The position numbers and the translations under genes are program-made. A DNA stretch of 64,000 nucleotides from Candidatus Limivicinus sp. (lineage in GTDB: Bacteria; Bacillota; Clostridia; Oscillospirales; Oscillospiraceae). Below the pieces are notes generated by a model that did not search any database, was not told the DNA's origin, and was given only the letters and a program-made list of their open reading frames with translations. Below are positions 1 to 9,839 of the stretch, piece after piece; position 1 is the stretch's first letter; each line of letters opens with the position of its first letter. The stretch is from positions 9,374 through 73,373 of the forward strand of contig JBJDXP010000014.1 of assembly GCA_051866735.1 (NCBI GenBank), written 5' to 3'.

Positions 1-55
1 CGCGCAGCTCGGGAGATGCGTGATAGGCAAAGATAATTCCGTGAAAATCCTTCAT
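1..55 (-). CDS. glgD: Glycogen biosynthesis protein GlgD, N-terminal 18 codons only (runs off window)
   Basis: Minus-strand ATG at 55-53, 3 nt after the glgC stop. It reads MKDFHGIIFAYHASPELR to the window edge. The GIIF..h...EL start and the position directly downstream of glgC fit the Firmicute GlgD subunit, but only 18 aa are visible. Confidence 0.45.
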   Translation of the reverse strand, partial: MKDFHGIIFAYHASPELR

Positions 56-58
56 TGC

Positions 59-1252
<1,194 letters not shown>

Positions 1253-1347
1253 ATGCAGCCTCCTTGGATGGATATATTTCTGTAAACGCAGCCGCCGCGC
1301 CTGAATTTCGCGGGGCCGCGCCTTATCCGGTATAAAAGGTGCTTTGT

Positions 1348-1935
1348 TTAATTATACAGGTTCATGGTCCTGTCCGGGCCGTGGAGGATATAGCACTCCA
1401 CAGCCTCCGCCGCCTTTTGGGCCGCGGCCTTCATGTCCTCCGCGTCCTGGTTTTTAAAGACGGAGAGGACCCAGTCGGCCATGTCGTAGTCCGGGTGGGG
1501 CGGCGCGCCCACGCCCAGGCGGATGCGGGGAAACTCCTCCGTGCCCAGGCAGGCGATGATGCTCTTCAGCCCGTTGTGGCCGCCGGCGGAGCCTTTTTTT
1601 CGCACGCGCAGCTTGCCGATGGGCAGGGAGATCTCATCCGAGACGACGATCACATGCTCCGGCGGGATCTTATAAAATTTTACGGCCTGGGCCGCCGCCT
1701 CGCCGGACAGGTTCATAAAGGTCTGGGGCTTCATCAGCATGACGCTCTCCCCGCCGATGTGGCAGGTGGCGGTGAGGGCCTTGAAGCGGGCGCGGTTAAT
1801 GGACAGGCCTTTGGCCCCGGCCATGGCGTCCGCGGCCATGAAGCCCGCGTTGTGGCGGGTGCCCTCGTAGCGGGGCCCGGGATTGCCCAGGAACACCACG
1901 AGCCATTTCACCCCGCCGGTGGATTTGAATATCAT
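1348..1935 (-). CDS. pth: Peptidyl-tRNA hydrolase
   Basis: 195 aa with [21 protein letters not shown] and GGHNGLKSI, both hallmark Pth motifs. It lies immediately downstream of prs, as in many Firmicutes. Confidence 0.93.
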   Translation of the reverse strand: MIFKSTGGVKWLVVFLGNPGPRYEGTRHNAGFMAADAMAGAKGLSINRARFKALTATCHIGGESVMLMKPQTFMNLSGEAAAQAVKFYKIPPEHVIVVSDEISLPIGKLRVRKKGSAGGHNGLKSIIACLGTEEFPRIRLGVGAPPHPDYDMADWVLSVFKNQDAEDMKAAAQKAAEAVECYILHGPDRTMNLYN

Positions 1936-1937
1936 AA

Positions 1938-2900
1938 TCAGTCAAACAGATTGGAAATGGAGACTTCCTCGTAGATCCTGCGGATAGCCTCGGCAAAAAC
2001 GGAGGCGGTGGACAGGTAGCGGATCTTGGCGCACTTGGGCATGTCCTTGGGATAGGGGATGGTGTCCAGGAACAGCAGCTCTTTGATGCAGCTGTTCTCG
2101 ATGCGCTCCAGCGCGGGGCCGGACAGGACGCCGTGGGTAGCGCAGGCGTAAACCTCTTTCGCTCCGCCGATCTCCTTGATGGCCTTGGCGGCGCCGCAGA
2201 GAGAGCCGGCGGTGTCCACGATATCGTCCAGCAGGATGCAGGTCTTGCCCTCCACTTTGCCGATGATATTCATGACCTCGGACTGGTTGGCCTTTTCCCG
2301 GCGCTTGTCCACGATGGCCATGTTCACGCCCAGCTTCATGGAGAAGGCCCGGGCGCGGGCAGTGCTGCCCACATCGGGGGAGACCACCATAACATCTTCA
2401 TTGCCCTTGCCGAAGAGATTGATATAGTTTCTGGCAAACAGATGCGCGCCCATCAGGTTGTCCACAGGGATGTCAAAAAATCCCTGGATCTGGGCGGCGT
2501 GCAGGTCCATGGTCAGAACCCGGTCCGCGCCTGCGGCGGTGATCAGGTTGGCGACCAGCTTTGCGGAGATGGGGTCACGGCTCTTGGCCTTGCGGTCCTG
2601 ACGGGCGTAGCCAAAATAAGGGATGACAGCAGTGATGCGGCCGGCGGAAGCCCGGCGCATAGCGTCGATCATGATCAGAAGTTCCATAAGGTGGTCGTTG
2701 ACCGGACCGCAGGTGGACTGTACAATGAACACGTCCTTGCCGCGGACGGGTTCGTGCACGGAGATGGAACACTCCCCGTCAGCAAACTGCGTAACGGTGG
2801 ATTCACCCAGCTTCATATAGAGCTGACTGCATATATCCTGTGCAAGTGCGGGGTTAGAGTTGCCGGTAAACACCTTGATCTCTTTGCCGTGAGCAATCAT
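1938..2900 (-). CDS. prs: Ribose-phosphate pyrophosphokinase
   Basis: 320 aa with KVFTGNSNPALAQDI, YFGYARQDRK and the PRPP-binding loop ILLDDIVDTAGS. Confidence 0.95.
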   Translation of the reverse strand: MIAHGKEIKVFTGNSNPALAQDICSQLYMKLGESTVTQFADGECSISVHEPVRGKDVFIVQSTCGPVNDHLMELLIMIDAMRRASAGRITAVIPYFGYARQDRKAKSRDPISAKLVANLITAAGADRVLTMDLHAAQIQGFFDIPVDNLMGAHLFARNYINLFGKGNEDVMVVSPDVGSTARARAFSMKLGVNMAIVDKRREKANQSEVMNIIGKVEGKTCILLDDIVDTAGSLCGAAKAIKEIGGAKEVYACATHGVLSGPALERIENSCIKELLFLDTIPYPKDMPKCAKIRYLSTASVFAEAIRRIYEEVSISNLFD

Positions 2901-3049
2901 TTTTCAATCTCCTCTTAAGCATCTGTTCTCTTTTTCCTCAGTACGCCGGCGCACAAGTCCAGACGTACATGGATATCATATCACAAAACCTTTGAGATTG
3001 GAAGAGTTCGCTTTAAAATATTGAATTAAAAAGCCGATAAAAAAACACA

Positions 3050-3078
3050 TTTACAAGATGTCTTTTTTTGTTTATAAT
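3050..3078 (+). promoter_or_regulatory. Sigma-70-type promoter upstream of prfB
   Basis: TTTACA (3050-3055), a 17-nt spacer, then TATAAT (3073-3078), about 60 nt upstream of the prfB start. Confidence 0.55.
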
Positions 3079-3138
3079 ACTATTTTGACAGTGCAATTGA
3101 TAAATTTGCCGGTTTAGCCGGCAGTGACAGGAAAGTAG

Positions 3139-4254
3139 TTGATTAAAATGCTTGAATTTGAAGAATACAAGGTCAAATTGAACAATCTGAAGCCCACGCT
3201 GGAGGTGCTGCGCGGGGCGCTGAAGCTGGACGCGGCGCAGAAAGAGATCGAGGAGCTGGAGGCCGCCAGCGAGCGCGAGGGCTTCTGGAACGACGTGGAG
3301 AGATCCCAGAAGGTGCAGAAGCGCCTGAAGGTGCTGAAAACCAAGAAGGAGAATTTTGAAAAGCTCTGCTCCGCCTGGGACGATATGTACACCATGTGCG
3401 AGATGGCCATTGAGGAGAACGACGACTCCATGCTGGAGGAGCTGCAGAGCGAGTATGCCTCCTTCACCGAAAAGGCGGAGGCCATGCGCCTGAGCACCCT
3501 GCTCACCGGGGAGTATGACGCCAACAACGCCATCCTCACCTTCCATGCCGGCGCCGGCGGAACCGAGGCCCAGGACTGGGCTTCCATGCTCTACCGCATG
3601 TACAATATGTGGGCGGACCGTCACGGCTACAAGGTGAAGGTCATGGACTATCTGGACGGCGATGAGGCCGGTATCAAGAGCGCCACCATCATGATCGAGG
3701 GCGAGAACGCCTACGGCTTCCTCAAGAGCGAGCACGGCATCCACCGTCTGGTCCGCGTCTCCCCCTTTGACGCGGCTGGCCGGCGGCACACCTCTTTCGC
3801 GGCGGTGGAGGTCATGCCCGAGATCAGCGACGACAACGAGATCGAGCTGCGGGACGAGGACATCAAGATGGACGTCTACCGTTCCTCCGGCGCAGGCGGC
3901 CAGAAGGTCAACAAGACCTCCTCTGCAGTGCGTCTGACCCATATTCCCACCGGTATCGTTGTGGCCAGCCAGGTGGAACGCAGCCACTTCCAGAACCTTG
4001 AAAACTGCAAAAACATGCTCCGCGCCCGCCTGGCTGAGATCAAGGAGCGGGAGCACCTGGAAAAAATCAGCGACATCAAGGGCGTGCAGATGAAGATCGA
4101 ATGGGGCAGCCAGATCCGCTCCTATGTTTTCATGCCCTACCAGCTGGTGAAGGACCACCGCACCGAGTATGAAAACGGCAATATCCAGAACGTGATGGAC
4201 GGCGATCTGGACGGCTTTATCAACGCATTTCTGTCCATGCGGGCGGAGAGCTGA
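3139..4254 (+). CDS. prfB: Peptide chain release factor 2, uninterrupted reading frame
   Basis: 371 aa with SGAGGQKVNKTSSAVRLTHIPTGIVV (GGQ motif) and an RF2-type N-terminus. The likely true start is the ATG at 3148. There is no internal in-frame stop at the usual frameshift position (VLRGALKLD). Confidence 0.95.
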   Translation: MIKMLEFEEYKVKLNNLKPTLEVLRGALKLDAAQKEIEELEAASEREGFWNDVERSQKVQKRLKVLKTKKENFEKLCSAWDDMYTMCEMAIEENDDSMLEELQSEYASFTEKAEAMRLSTLLTGEYDANNAILTFHAGAGGTEAQDWASMLYRMYNMWADRHGYKVKVMDYLDGDEAGIKSATIMIEGENAYGFLKSEHGIHRLVRVSPFDAAGRRHTSFAAVEVMPEISDDNEIELRDEDIKMDVYRSSGAGGQKVNKTSSAVRLTHIPTGIVVASQVERSHFQNLENCKNMLRARLAEIKEREHLEKISDIKGVQMKIEWGSQIRSYVFMPYQLVKDHRTEYENGNIQNVMDGDLDGFINAFLSMRAES

Positions 4255-4292
4255 TGCTCCGCGCCCCGAAGAAACACTCAGCCGACAGACTA

Positions 4293-4327
4293 AACGGCAC
4301 GGCCTCGCTGCGGGAGGCCGTGCCGTT
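4293..4327 (+). terminator. Hairpin downstream of prfB
   Basis: aacggcacggcctc / gaggccgtgccgtt forms a 14-bp stem. The downstream T-run is weak (attccgttt). Confidence 0.45.
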
Positions 4328-4371
4328 ATTCCGTTTATCTTATTCAATTTCTCAAGAAAGGATTTGTTCAA

Positions 4372-5004
4372 TTGTTTTCCCGTATCAAGGCAAAAAATGT
4401 GGCCATCTCTCTGCTGGGCAGTGCCATTCTGGCCTTTGGCCTGTATAACATCCACTCCTTCTCCGGTGTGACCGAGGGCGGCGTACTGGGCCTGACGCTG
4501 CTGCTGCATCACTGGTTCGGCATTTCCCCGGCTGCGTCCGGGCTGGTGCTGAACCTGTGCTGCTACTATCTTGGCTGGCGGGTCATCGGCGGAAGCTTTA
4601 TCGTCTATTCCCTGATCTCTGGCGGCGGCTTTTCCCTGTTTTACGCCGTTTTTGAGTGCTTCCCTCCCCTTTTCCCCGGCATCACTGACATGCCCCTTTT
4701 CGCCAGTGTCCTGGGCGCGGCCTTCGTGGGCGTGGGTGTGGGGCTCTGCGTGCGCATGGGCGGCGCCCCCGGCGGGGACGACGCTCTGGCCATGAGCCTA
4801 TCCAAACTCACCGGGGCGGGCATCCAGTGGATCTACCTGGCCAGCGACCTTGTGGTGCTGCTGATGTCACTGAGCTATATCCCCCTGAACCGGATCCTGT
4901 ACTCCCTGCTGACGGTGATCCTCTCCGGGCAGCTCATCGGCCTGATCGCCCCAAAAAGCCGGATCAGGGCCCACACGGAGACCGATAAAAGGTTAGGTAT
5001 ATAA
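4372..5004 (+). CDS. YitT-family (COG1284-like) integral membrane protein
   Basis: 210 aa and polytopic, with repeated glycine-rich TM segments (VTEGGVLGLTLLL, GGAPGGDDALAM) typical of the YitT/YczE family. The C-terminal DUF2179 domain is absent. Confidence 0.55.
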   Translation: MFSRIKAKNVAISLLGSAILAFGLYNIHSFSGVTEGGVLGLTLLLHHWFGISPAASGLVLNLCCYYLGWRVIGGSFIVYSLISGGGFSLFYAVFECFPPLFPGITDMPLFASVLGAAFVGVGVGLCVRMGGAPGGDDALAMSLSKLTGAGIQWIYLASDLVVLLMSLSYIPLNRILYSLLTVILSGQLIGLIAPKSRIRAHTETDKRLGI

Positions 5005-5031
5005 AAAAGTGAGCTTGTTTTCGCAAGCTCA

Positions 5032-5164
5032 TCTCAAGGCGTCGATAAAGTTCGACGCCTTGAGATTTTATTCCGGAGGTTTCAAAAACCTCCGGAATAA
5101 GCATAAATTGAACGCCGAAAGGGGACTCCCGTCCCCTCTCCGCGCTCTCCCCATGCAAGTTTAT
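5032..5164. repeat. 133-nt composite of three hairpins (modules A-E-B')
   Basis: A: tctcaaggcgtcga/tcgacgccttgaga (14-bp stem). E: ttattccggaggt/acctccggaataa (13 bp). B': aggggac/gtcccct within a 57-nt block. A and B' recur in inverted orientation at 19844-19975. Confidence 0.8.
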
Positions 5165-5198
5165 CCATTGCCGATAGTATTGTTTGCAGACAAAATAC

Positions 5199-5234
5199 AA
5201 AAAGGTGAGCTTGCGCAGGCAAGCTCACCTTTTG
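5199..5234. terminator. Bidirectional intrinsic terminator (also repeat module F)
   Basis: aaaaaggtgagcttgc-gcag-gcaagctcacctttt has a perfect stem flanked by an A-run and a T-run. A related hairpin, tgagcttg/caagctca, lies at 5010-5031. Confidence 0.7.
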
Positions 5235-5432
5235 CTGGGACCCGGATCGTAGTCGCCGAAGATCAGGTCGTCAATATCTCTTTCCATTCGCGCACCTCCT
5301 GTAACGTAAAGTAAACGATGAATCAACCGGCAAGAGCGGATCGTGAGAAAATTTTCGTATAATGCCGAAGAAACAGTTATTCAGCGTTTACCAAAGTCAA
5401 CATACTTTCAGTATATGCGCGCCGGGGACGGA

Positions 5433-6275
5433 TTATGACTGTCCGCAGTGCAGAATTATTTTGACCAGCTCAGGCCGGTTCAGAAAACGGGGCACAACGA
5501 CGGAATTGCCCAAGCCTCGGGAGACCACCATCTGAAAGCGCTCCCCCTGATACACGCCGGCCTCGTACTCCGCACCGAAGCTGTGGTTCACGTTCAAAAG
5601 TCCGCCGATCCCCGGCAGACGCACAACACCCCCGTGAGCGTGGCCGGAGAGGATCAGGTCTACCGGCAGGGCGGGGTATTTTCTTACCCAGTAGTTTCTG
5701 TGCCCCAGCCAGAGCACAAACTCCTCCGGGTATTCCTCCCGCAGCATCTCCGCCAGGGCGTCGGGCTTGATCATATCCGCCCGTCCGTTGGGATCCTCGA
5801 CCCCGGCCACAATGATCTGCGCGCCGTCCCGCAGAACGGGCAGATACCGGTTTTCCAGGCGGATAACGCCGTAAGAGTCCAACAGTTCCCTCAGGTCCGG
5901 CAATACGTCCTTCACCCACTCATGGTTGCCGTTTACCCAGTATATGGGTGCACAGCCCGAAAGGCCATCCAACAGGTCCCGGGTGGCGTCCAACTGGCTC
6001 TCATCTTCAACAAAATCTCCTGTCATGGCGATCAAATCCGGCTGCTGCTCACGCACCAGGGCGGCAAGCCGGCTGTTTTCACTGCCAAACCCGGAACCGT
6101 GCAGGTCAGAGAGCTGAACAATGCAATAGCCCTCAAACTGCGCAGGGAGAGCGTCAAAATACAGGTGGTATTCTGTAACCTGGAGGTTGTACCGGCTGTC
6201 CAGTATAAGCCCCGTGCCGGTCATCACCAGTGCCAGCGCGGCGCAGGCAAAAAGAGTCCTCTTTTTCTTCAACAT
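5433..6275 (-). CDS. Membrane-anchored metallophosphoesterase (calcineurin-like, YaeI-type)
   Basis: The motifs LSDLHG, MTGDFVED, VNGNHE and SGHAHGG appear in order. There is an N-terminal TM segment. The start was moved to the ATG at 6275 (MLKKKRTLF), which is preceded by GGAGGTG. Confidence 0.85.
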   Translation of the reverse strand: MLKKKRTLFACAALALVMTGTGLILDSRYNLQVTEYHLYFDALPAQFEGYCIVQLSDLHGSGFGSENSRLAALVREQQPDLIAMTGDFVEDESQLDATRDLLDGLSGCAPIYWVNGNHEWVKDVLPDLRELLDSYGVIRLENRYLPVLRDGAQIIVAGVEDPNGRADMIKPDALAEMLREEYPEEFVLWLGHRNYWVRKYPALPVDLILSGHAHGGVVRLPGIGGLLNVNHSFGAEYEAGVYQGERFQMVVSRGLGNSVVVPRFLNRPELVKIILHCGQS

Positions 6276-6424
6276 GCACCTCCGTGGAAAGATTTTTTCG
6301 CTATAATAGCACGAAATACCGGTCAAAGCAAGGGAACGGAGGAAAATACATCTTGAAAACGGTTTGTAATTAGGTTATAATATTACGGCTTATCTTTAAT
6401 AAGTAAGCATTTAATGTCAACACC

Positions 6425-8005
6425 ATGAAAAGGATGAGTGCAATGAGCGCATCAACGGAAAAGAAAAATCGTCAGGCTGCCCGTGCCGCCGGAACGGACA
6501 AGAAGACCCTGGCCGCCCAGGAAGAGGCAAAGAAAAGGGCAAAAAGCAAGCGTAACTGGACCTTGGGGACCATAGGCGTTGTGCTGCTGATCGCCCTGAT
6601 CCTGTTTCTCAACTCCGGCTTTCTCTATACCCACACCACCGCCGTCACCATCAACGGCCAGTCCTACTCCCCCGCGGAGCTGAACTACTATTACGCCAAT
6701 CAGTATTACAGCTTCGTCGAACAGTACGGCAGCTACGCCGGCATCTTCGGTCTGGACACCAGCAGCGGTCTGGCCGGAGCCGCCGACCAGTCCTGCTCCA
6801 TACTTGAGGAGGGCGCTACCTGGAAGGATTACTTCCTTCAGTCTGCCTACGCTTCGATAGAGCAGAACCAGGCCCTGGTGAACTACGCCAACGAAAACGG
6901 CATTACCCTCAGCGATGAGGAGCTGGCAGAGATCGAGGCCGACTTTGCCGACATGGAGAGCTACGCCAAGACCATGGGCTTCTCCAGCGCCGACAACTAT
7001 CTTGAGGCCAACTACGGCAACGGCGTGGACAGCGACATCGTTCTCGGCGCCGCCCGGGAGTCCGCTCTCGCTTCCAAGGCTTACAGCCAGTATCAGGAGA
7101 CCCTGAGCTACACCGATGCGGAGCTGGAAGCGGAATACCAGAGCTTTGAGGGCAGTTACGACTATTTTGATTACGCAAGCTTCTCCGTAGAGGCCACCAA
7201 GGTCACCGTTGAGCCGGAGACCGAGGGCGAAGAGGCCACCGAGGAAGTCACCGAGGAGACCCTGGCCGCCGCTAAGGACACCGCCGACGAGATCATGGCC
7301 GCCTATAAGGAGGCCGAGGGCGAGGACGTGCTCCAGCGTCTTTCCGACGCTGTCGGCACTGTGATCGCCGGTCAGGAAGCCACCCTCAACAGCCGCTCCT
7401 CCGGCAGCAGCCTGGGCGCCTATAAGGAATGGCTCATGGGCAGCCGCAAGGCCGGCGACGTGACCGTGATCGAAGATTCCGACGGCGAGGGCTATACGGT
7501 CGTGGCCTTCATCAGCCGTGACGACAACCACTACGCCACCGCCCAGGTCCGCCACATTCTGGTCAAGGCCGAGGCCGACGCAGACGGCAATTACACCGAC
7601 AAGGCCAAAGAAACCGCCAAGGTCAGAGCCGAGGAGATCCTGGCTGAGTTCAACGCCGGCGACAAGACCGAAGAGAGCTTTGCCGCTCTGGCCGAGCAGT
7701 ACTCCGAGGATACCGGCTCCAACACCAACGGCGGTCTGTACGACACCGTAGTTAAGGGCCAGATGGTGGAGGAGTTTGACGCCTTCTGCTTTGAGGGCCA
7801 CAAGAAGGGCGACACCGCCATTGTCTACGGCGAGAGCAGCAGCTACGCCGGCTACCATGTGATGTACTATGTGGGTGAGGGCGAGCTGTACAGCGACATG
7901 ATCGCCGAAAGCAGCCTGATCAACGAGGCCACGAGCGAATGGCTGAACGCTCTGCAGGAGGGCTATGAGCCCAGCACCGGCTTCTGGCTCCGCCTGGTCG
8001 GATAA
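6425..8005 (+). CDS. Membrane-anchored parvulin-type peptidyl-prolyl isomerase (PrsA/SurA-like)
   Basis: A basic N-terminus is followed by one TM segment, then a C-terminal rotamase domain: RHILVKA...FAALAEQYSEDTGSNTNGGLY...MVEEFDAFCF...GYHVMYY. Confidence 0.8.
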   Translation: MKRMSAMSASTEKKNRQAARAAGTDKKTLAAQEEAKKRAKSKRNWTLGTIGVVLLIALILFLNSGFLYTHTTAVTINGQSYSPAELNYYYANQYYSFVEQYGSYAGIFGLDTSSGLAGAADQSCSILEEGATWKDYFLQSAYASIEQNQALVNYANENGITLSDEELAEIEADFADMESYAKTMGFSSADNYLEANYGNGVDSDIVLGAARESALASKAYSQYQETLSYTDAELEAEYQSFEGSYDYFDYASFSVEATKVTVEPETEGEEATEEVTEETLAAAKDTADEIMAAYKEAEGEDVLQRLSDAVGTVIAGQEATLNSRSSGSSLGAYKEWLMGSRKAGDVTVIEDSDGEGYTVVAFISRDDNHYATAQVRHILVKAEADADGNYTDKAKETAKVRAEEILAEFNAGDKTEESFAALAEQYSEDTGSNTNGGLYDTVVKGQMVEEFDAFCFEGHKKGDTAIVYGESSSYAGYHVMYYVGEGELYSDMIAESSLINEATSEWLNALQEGYEPSTGFWLRLVG

Positions 8006-8025
8006 ATTACAATAATCATATGAAG

Positions 8026-8080
8026 CGCCCCGCTTGTCGGGCAGCAAATTCTGCTGTCTGACCGGCGGGGTGTTTTTGTT
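8026..8080 (+). terminator. Intrinsic terminator after the PPIase gene
   Basis: A GC-rich compound hairpin (ccccgc...gcgggg enclosing cagca/tgctg) is followed by tgtttttgtt. Confidence 0.6.
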
Positions 8081-8090
8081 CCGGAAATAC

Positions 8091-8129
8091 TTGACATCGT
8101 CATATTGATATGATATCATTTTGATATCA
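8091..8129 (+). promoter_or_regulatory. Promoter of the SPFH-RHH operon with two TGATATCA palindromes
   Basis: TTGACA (8091-8096), a 17-nt spacer, then TGaTATCAT (extended -10, 8111-8119). The palindromic 8-mer TGATATCA occurs at 8111-8118 and 8122-8129, 11 bp apart. Confidence 0.55.
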
Positions 8130-8148
8130 GATAAGGAGGCGTATTTCG

Positions 8149-9186
8149 ATGACAGAAAAAGTACTTAACAATAAAAAGAACGGCATGGCCATGCTGCTGC
8201 TCTTCGGCCTGCTGTACGCGGCGGCTATCGGGCTTACGGTGCTGGGCGGTATCGGGATGGACAATCACCTGCTCTGGGCGATCCCTGTGTTTGTGGTGGG
8301 CGTCATCTGGATCTGCGTGGGCTGGATCCCCTTTATGGGTCTGAAGGTGCTCAAGCCCCAGGAGGCCCTGGTGCTGACCCTGTTCGGCCGCTATGTGGGC
8401 ACGCTGAAGAATGAGGGCTTCTACTTTGTCAATCCCTTCTGCAGCGGCGTGAACCCGGCGGCAAAGACCAAGCTGGGCCAGAGCGGCGACGTGGACGGCG
8501 GCCGGTCCGGAAACGCGGTGCTGAATCTGGCCATCAGCGGCAGCGCCGGCGCGGCAGCCGCAGAGAGCGCCAGCAAAAAGATCTCCCTCAAGGTGATGAC
8601 CCTGTCCAACAGCCGCCAGAAGATCAATGACTGCCTGGGCAACCCCATCGAGATCAGCATTGCTGTCATGTGGCGTGTGGTGGACACGGCAAAGGCCGTT
8701 TTTAATGTGGACAACTATAAGGAATATCTGTCTCTCCAGTGCGACAGCGCGGTGCGCGACATCGTGCGCATCTACCCCTACGATGTGGCTCCCGGTGTGG
8801 ACACTACCGGCGACGGCGTGGCGGACGAGGGCAGCCTCCGCGGCTCCAGCGAGACGGTGGCCCGCCGCATCCGGGATAAAATTCAGCAGAAGGTGGAGGA
8901 CGCCGGTATAGAGATCATCGAGGCCCGCATCACCTATCTGGCCTACGCGCCGGAGATCGCCGCCGTCATGCTCCAGCGCCAGCAGGCCTCCGCCATTATC
9001 GACGCCAGAAAGATGATTGTGGACGGCGCCGTGGGCATGGTGGAGATGGCCCTTGAGCGGCTCAGTGAGAACAAGACCGTGGAGCTGGATGAGGAGCGGA
9101 AGGCCGCCATGGTCTCCAATCTGCTGGTGGTGCTCTGCGGCAACCGGGACGCGCAGCCGGTGGTCAACTCCGGCAGCCTGTATTAA
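8149..9186 (+). CDS. SPFH/Band-7 (stomatin/prohibitin-like) membrane protein
   Basis: Two N-terminal TM helices precede the SPFH core ([30 protein letters not shown]...[24 protein letters not shown]). Confidence 0.85.
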   Translation: MTEKVLNNKKNGMAMLLLFGLLYAAAIGLTVLGGIGMDNHLLWAIPVFVVGVIWICVGWIPFMGLKVLKPQEALVLTLFGRYVGTLKNEGFYFVNPFCSGVNPAAKTKLGQSGDVDGGRSGNAVLNLAISGSAGAAAAESASKKISLKVMTLSNSRQKINDCLGNPIEISIAVMWRVVDTAKAVFNVDNYKEYLSLQCDSAVRDIVRIYPYDVAPGVDTTGDGVADEGSLRGSSETVARRIRDKIQQKVEDAGIEIIEARITYLAYAPEIAAVMLQRQQASAIIDARKMIVDGAVGMVEMALERLSENKTVELDEERKAAMVSNLLVVLCGNRDAQPVVNSGSLY

Positions 9187-9189
9187 GCC

Positions 9190-9387
9190 ATGGCAGAGAA
9201 AAAGCAGGTGCCTCTGCGCCTGTCTCCGGCGCTGTATAATGCCATTGCAGCCTGGGCGGAGGACGATTTCCGCTCCATCAACGGGCAGATCGAATATCTG
9301 CTGACAGAATGTGTCCGGCAGCGGAAGAAAAACGGTAAGTATGTCTCAGAGACCCTGGACGAGCCGTTGGAGCTGGACATCAAATGA
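9190..9387 (+). CDS. Small Arc/MetJ-type ribbon-helix-helix protein
   Basis: 65 aa starting 4 nt after the SPFH stop. [35 protein letters not shown] has the beta-strand/helix/helix pattern of RHH DNA binders. Confidence 0.6.
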   Translation: MAEKKQVPLRLSPALYNAIAAWAEDDFRSINGQIEYLLTECVRQRKKNGKYVSETLDEPLELDIK

Positions 9388-9459
9388 GCAGAGAACCCCG
9401 GGCGGAGAAGCCTTTCCGCCCGGGGAAACAAAAAAAGAAAGAAACATTGAAAAAAAGTG

Positions 9460-9488
9460 TTGACAAATGGCGCGGGATTTGGTACTAT
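9460..9488 (+). promoter_or_regulatory. Promoter of the tRNA pair
   Basis: TTGACA (9460-9465), a 17-nt spacer, then TGgTACTAT (9480-9488), ending 12 nt before tRNA-Asp. Confidence 0.6.
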
Positions 9489-9499
9489 AACTGAGCCGT

Positions 9500-9576
9500 G
9501 GCCGAGTGGTTCAGTCGGTTAGAACGCCGGCCTGTCACGCCGGAGGTCGAGGGTTCAAGTCCCTTCTCGGTCGCCA
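9500..9576 (+). tRNA. tRNA-Asp (anticodon GTC), CCA encoded
   Basis: Cloverleaf folded by hand: acceptor GGCCGAG/CTCGGTC, D stem GTTC/GAAC, anticodon stem CCGGC/GCCGG with loop CTGTCAC, T arm GAGGG-TTCAAGT-CCCTT, then G-CCA. Confidence 0.9.
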
Positions 9577-9607
9577 CATATGCCCCTTTAAAAGGGGCAT
9601 ATACTTT

Positions 9608-9683
<76 letters not shown>

Positions 9684-9732
9684 AAAGCCTGGATGCAGTA
9701 GCGTCTGGGTTTTTTGCTTTTTCAGAAGCACC

Positions 9733-9751
9733 ATTCGAACTGGCGACCTCA
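9733..9751 (-). repeat. 19-nt inverted copy of the tRNA-Thr variable-loop/T-arm segment
   Basis: attcgaactggcgacctca is the exact reverse complement of 9649-9667 inside tRNA-Thr. The flanking sequence does not complete a cloverleaf (the T-stem partner is lost). Confidence 0.7.
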
Positions 9752-9765
9752 CGCGCAGCGCACAG

Positions 9766-9802
9766 AAAACCGGCAGGCCTTTGCGGGGCCTGCCGGTTTT
9801 TT
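9766..9802. terminator. Bidirectional intrinsic terminator
   Basis: aaaaccggcaggcc-tttgcg-gggcctgccggtttttt has a perfect GC-rich stem with an A-run and a T-run. It sits between the tRNA unit and the convergent minus-strand operon. Confidence 0.8.
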
Positions 9803-9839
9803 GCAGGGGATCGTTTATGATACTGATTTTCAACAGAAA

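Noticed and set aside
3013-4512. 499-aa minus-strand ORF covering prfB
   Set aside because: It is the antisense frame of a conserved gene. It has no motifs, and it runs through the prfB promoter and terminator.
6452-8119. 555-aa minus-strand ORF opposite the PPIase gene
   Set aside because: This is an antisense artefact of GC-rich coding DNA. The sense frame carries the parvulin domain.
9396-9425. Terminator after the RHH gene (ccccgggcgg...ccgcccgggg)
   Set aside because: The stem is good, but it is followed by an A-run rather than a T-run on the coding strand. It was therefore left uncalled, although it may still pause or stabilise the transcript.
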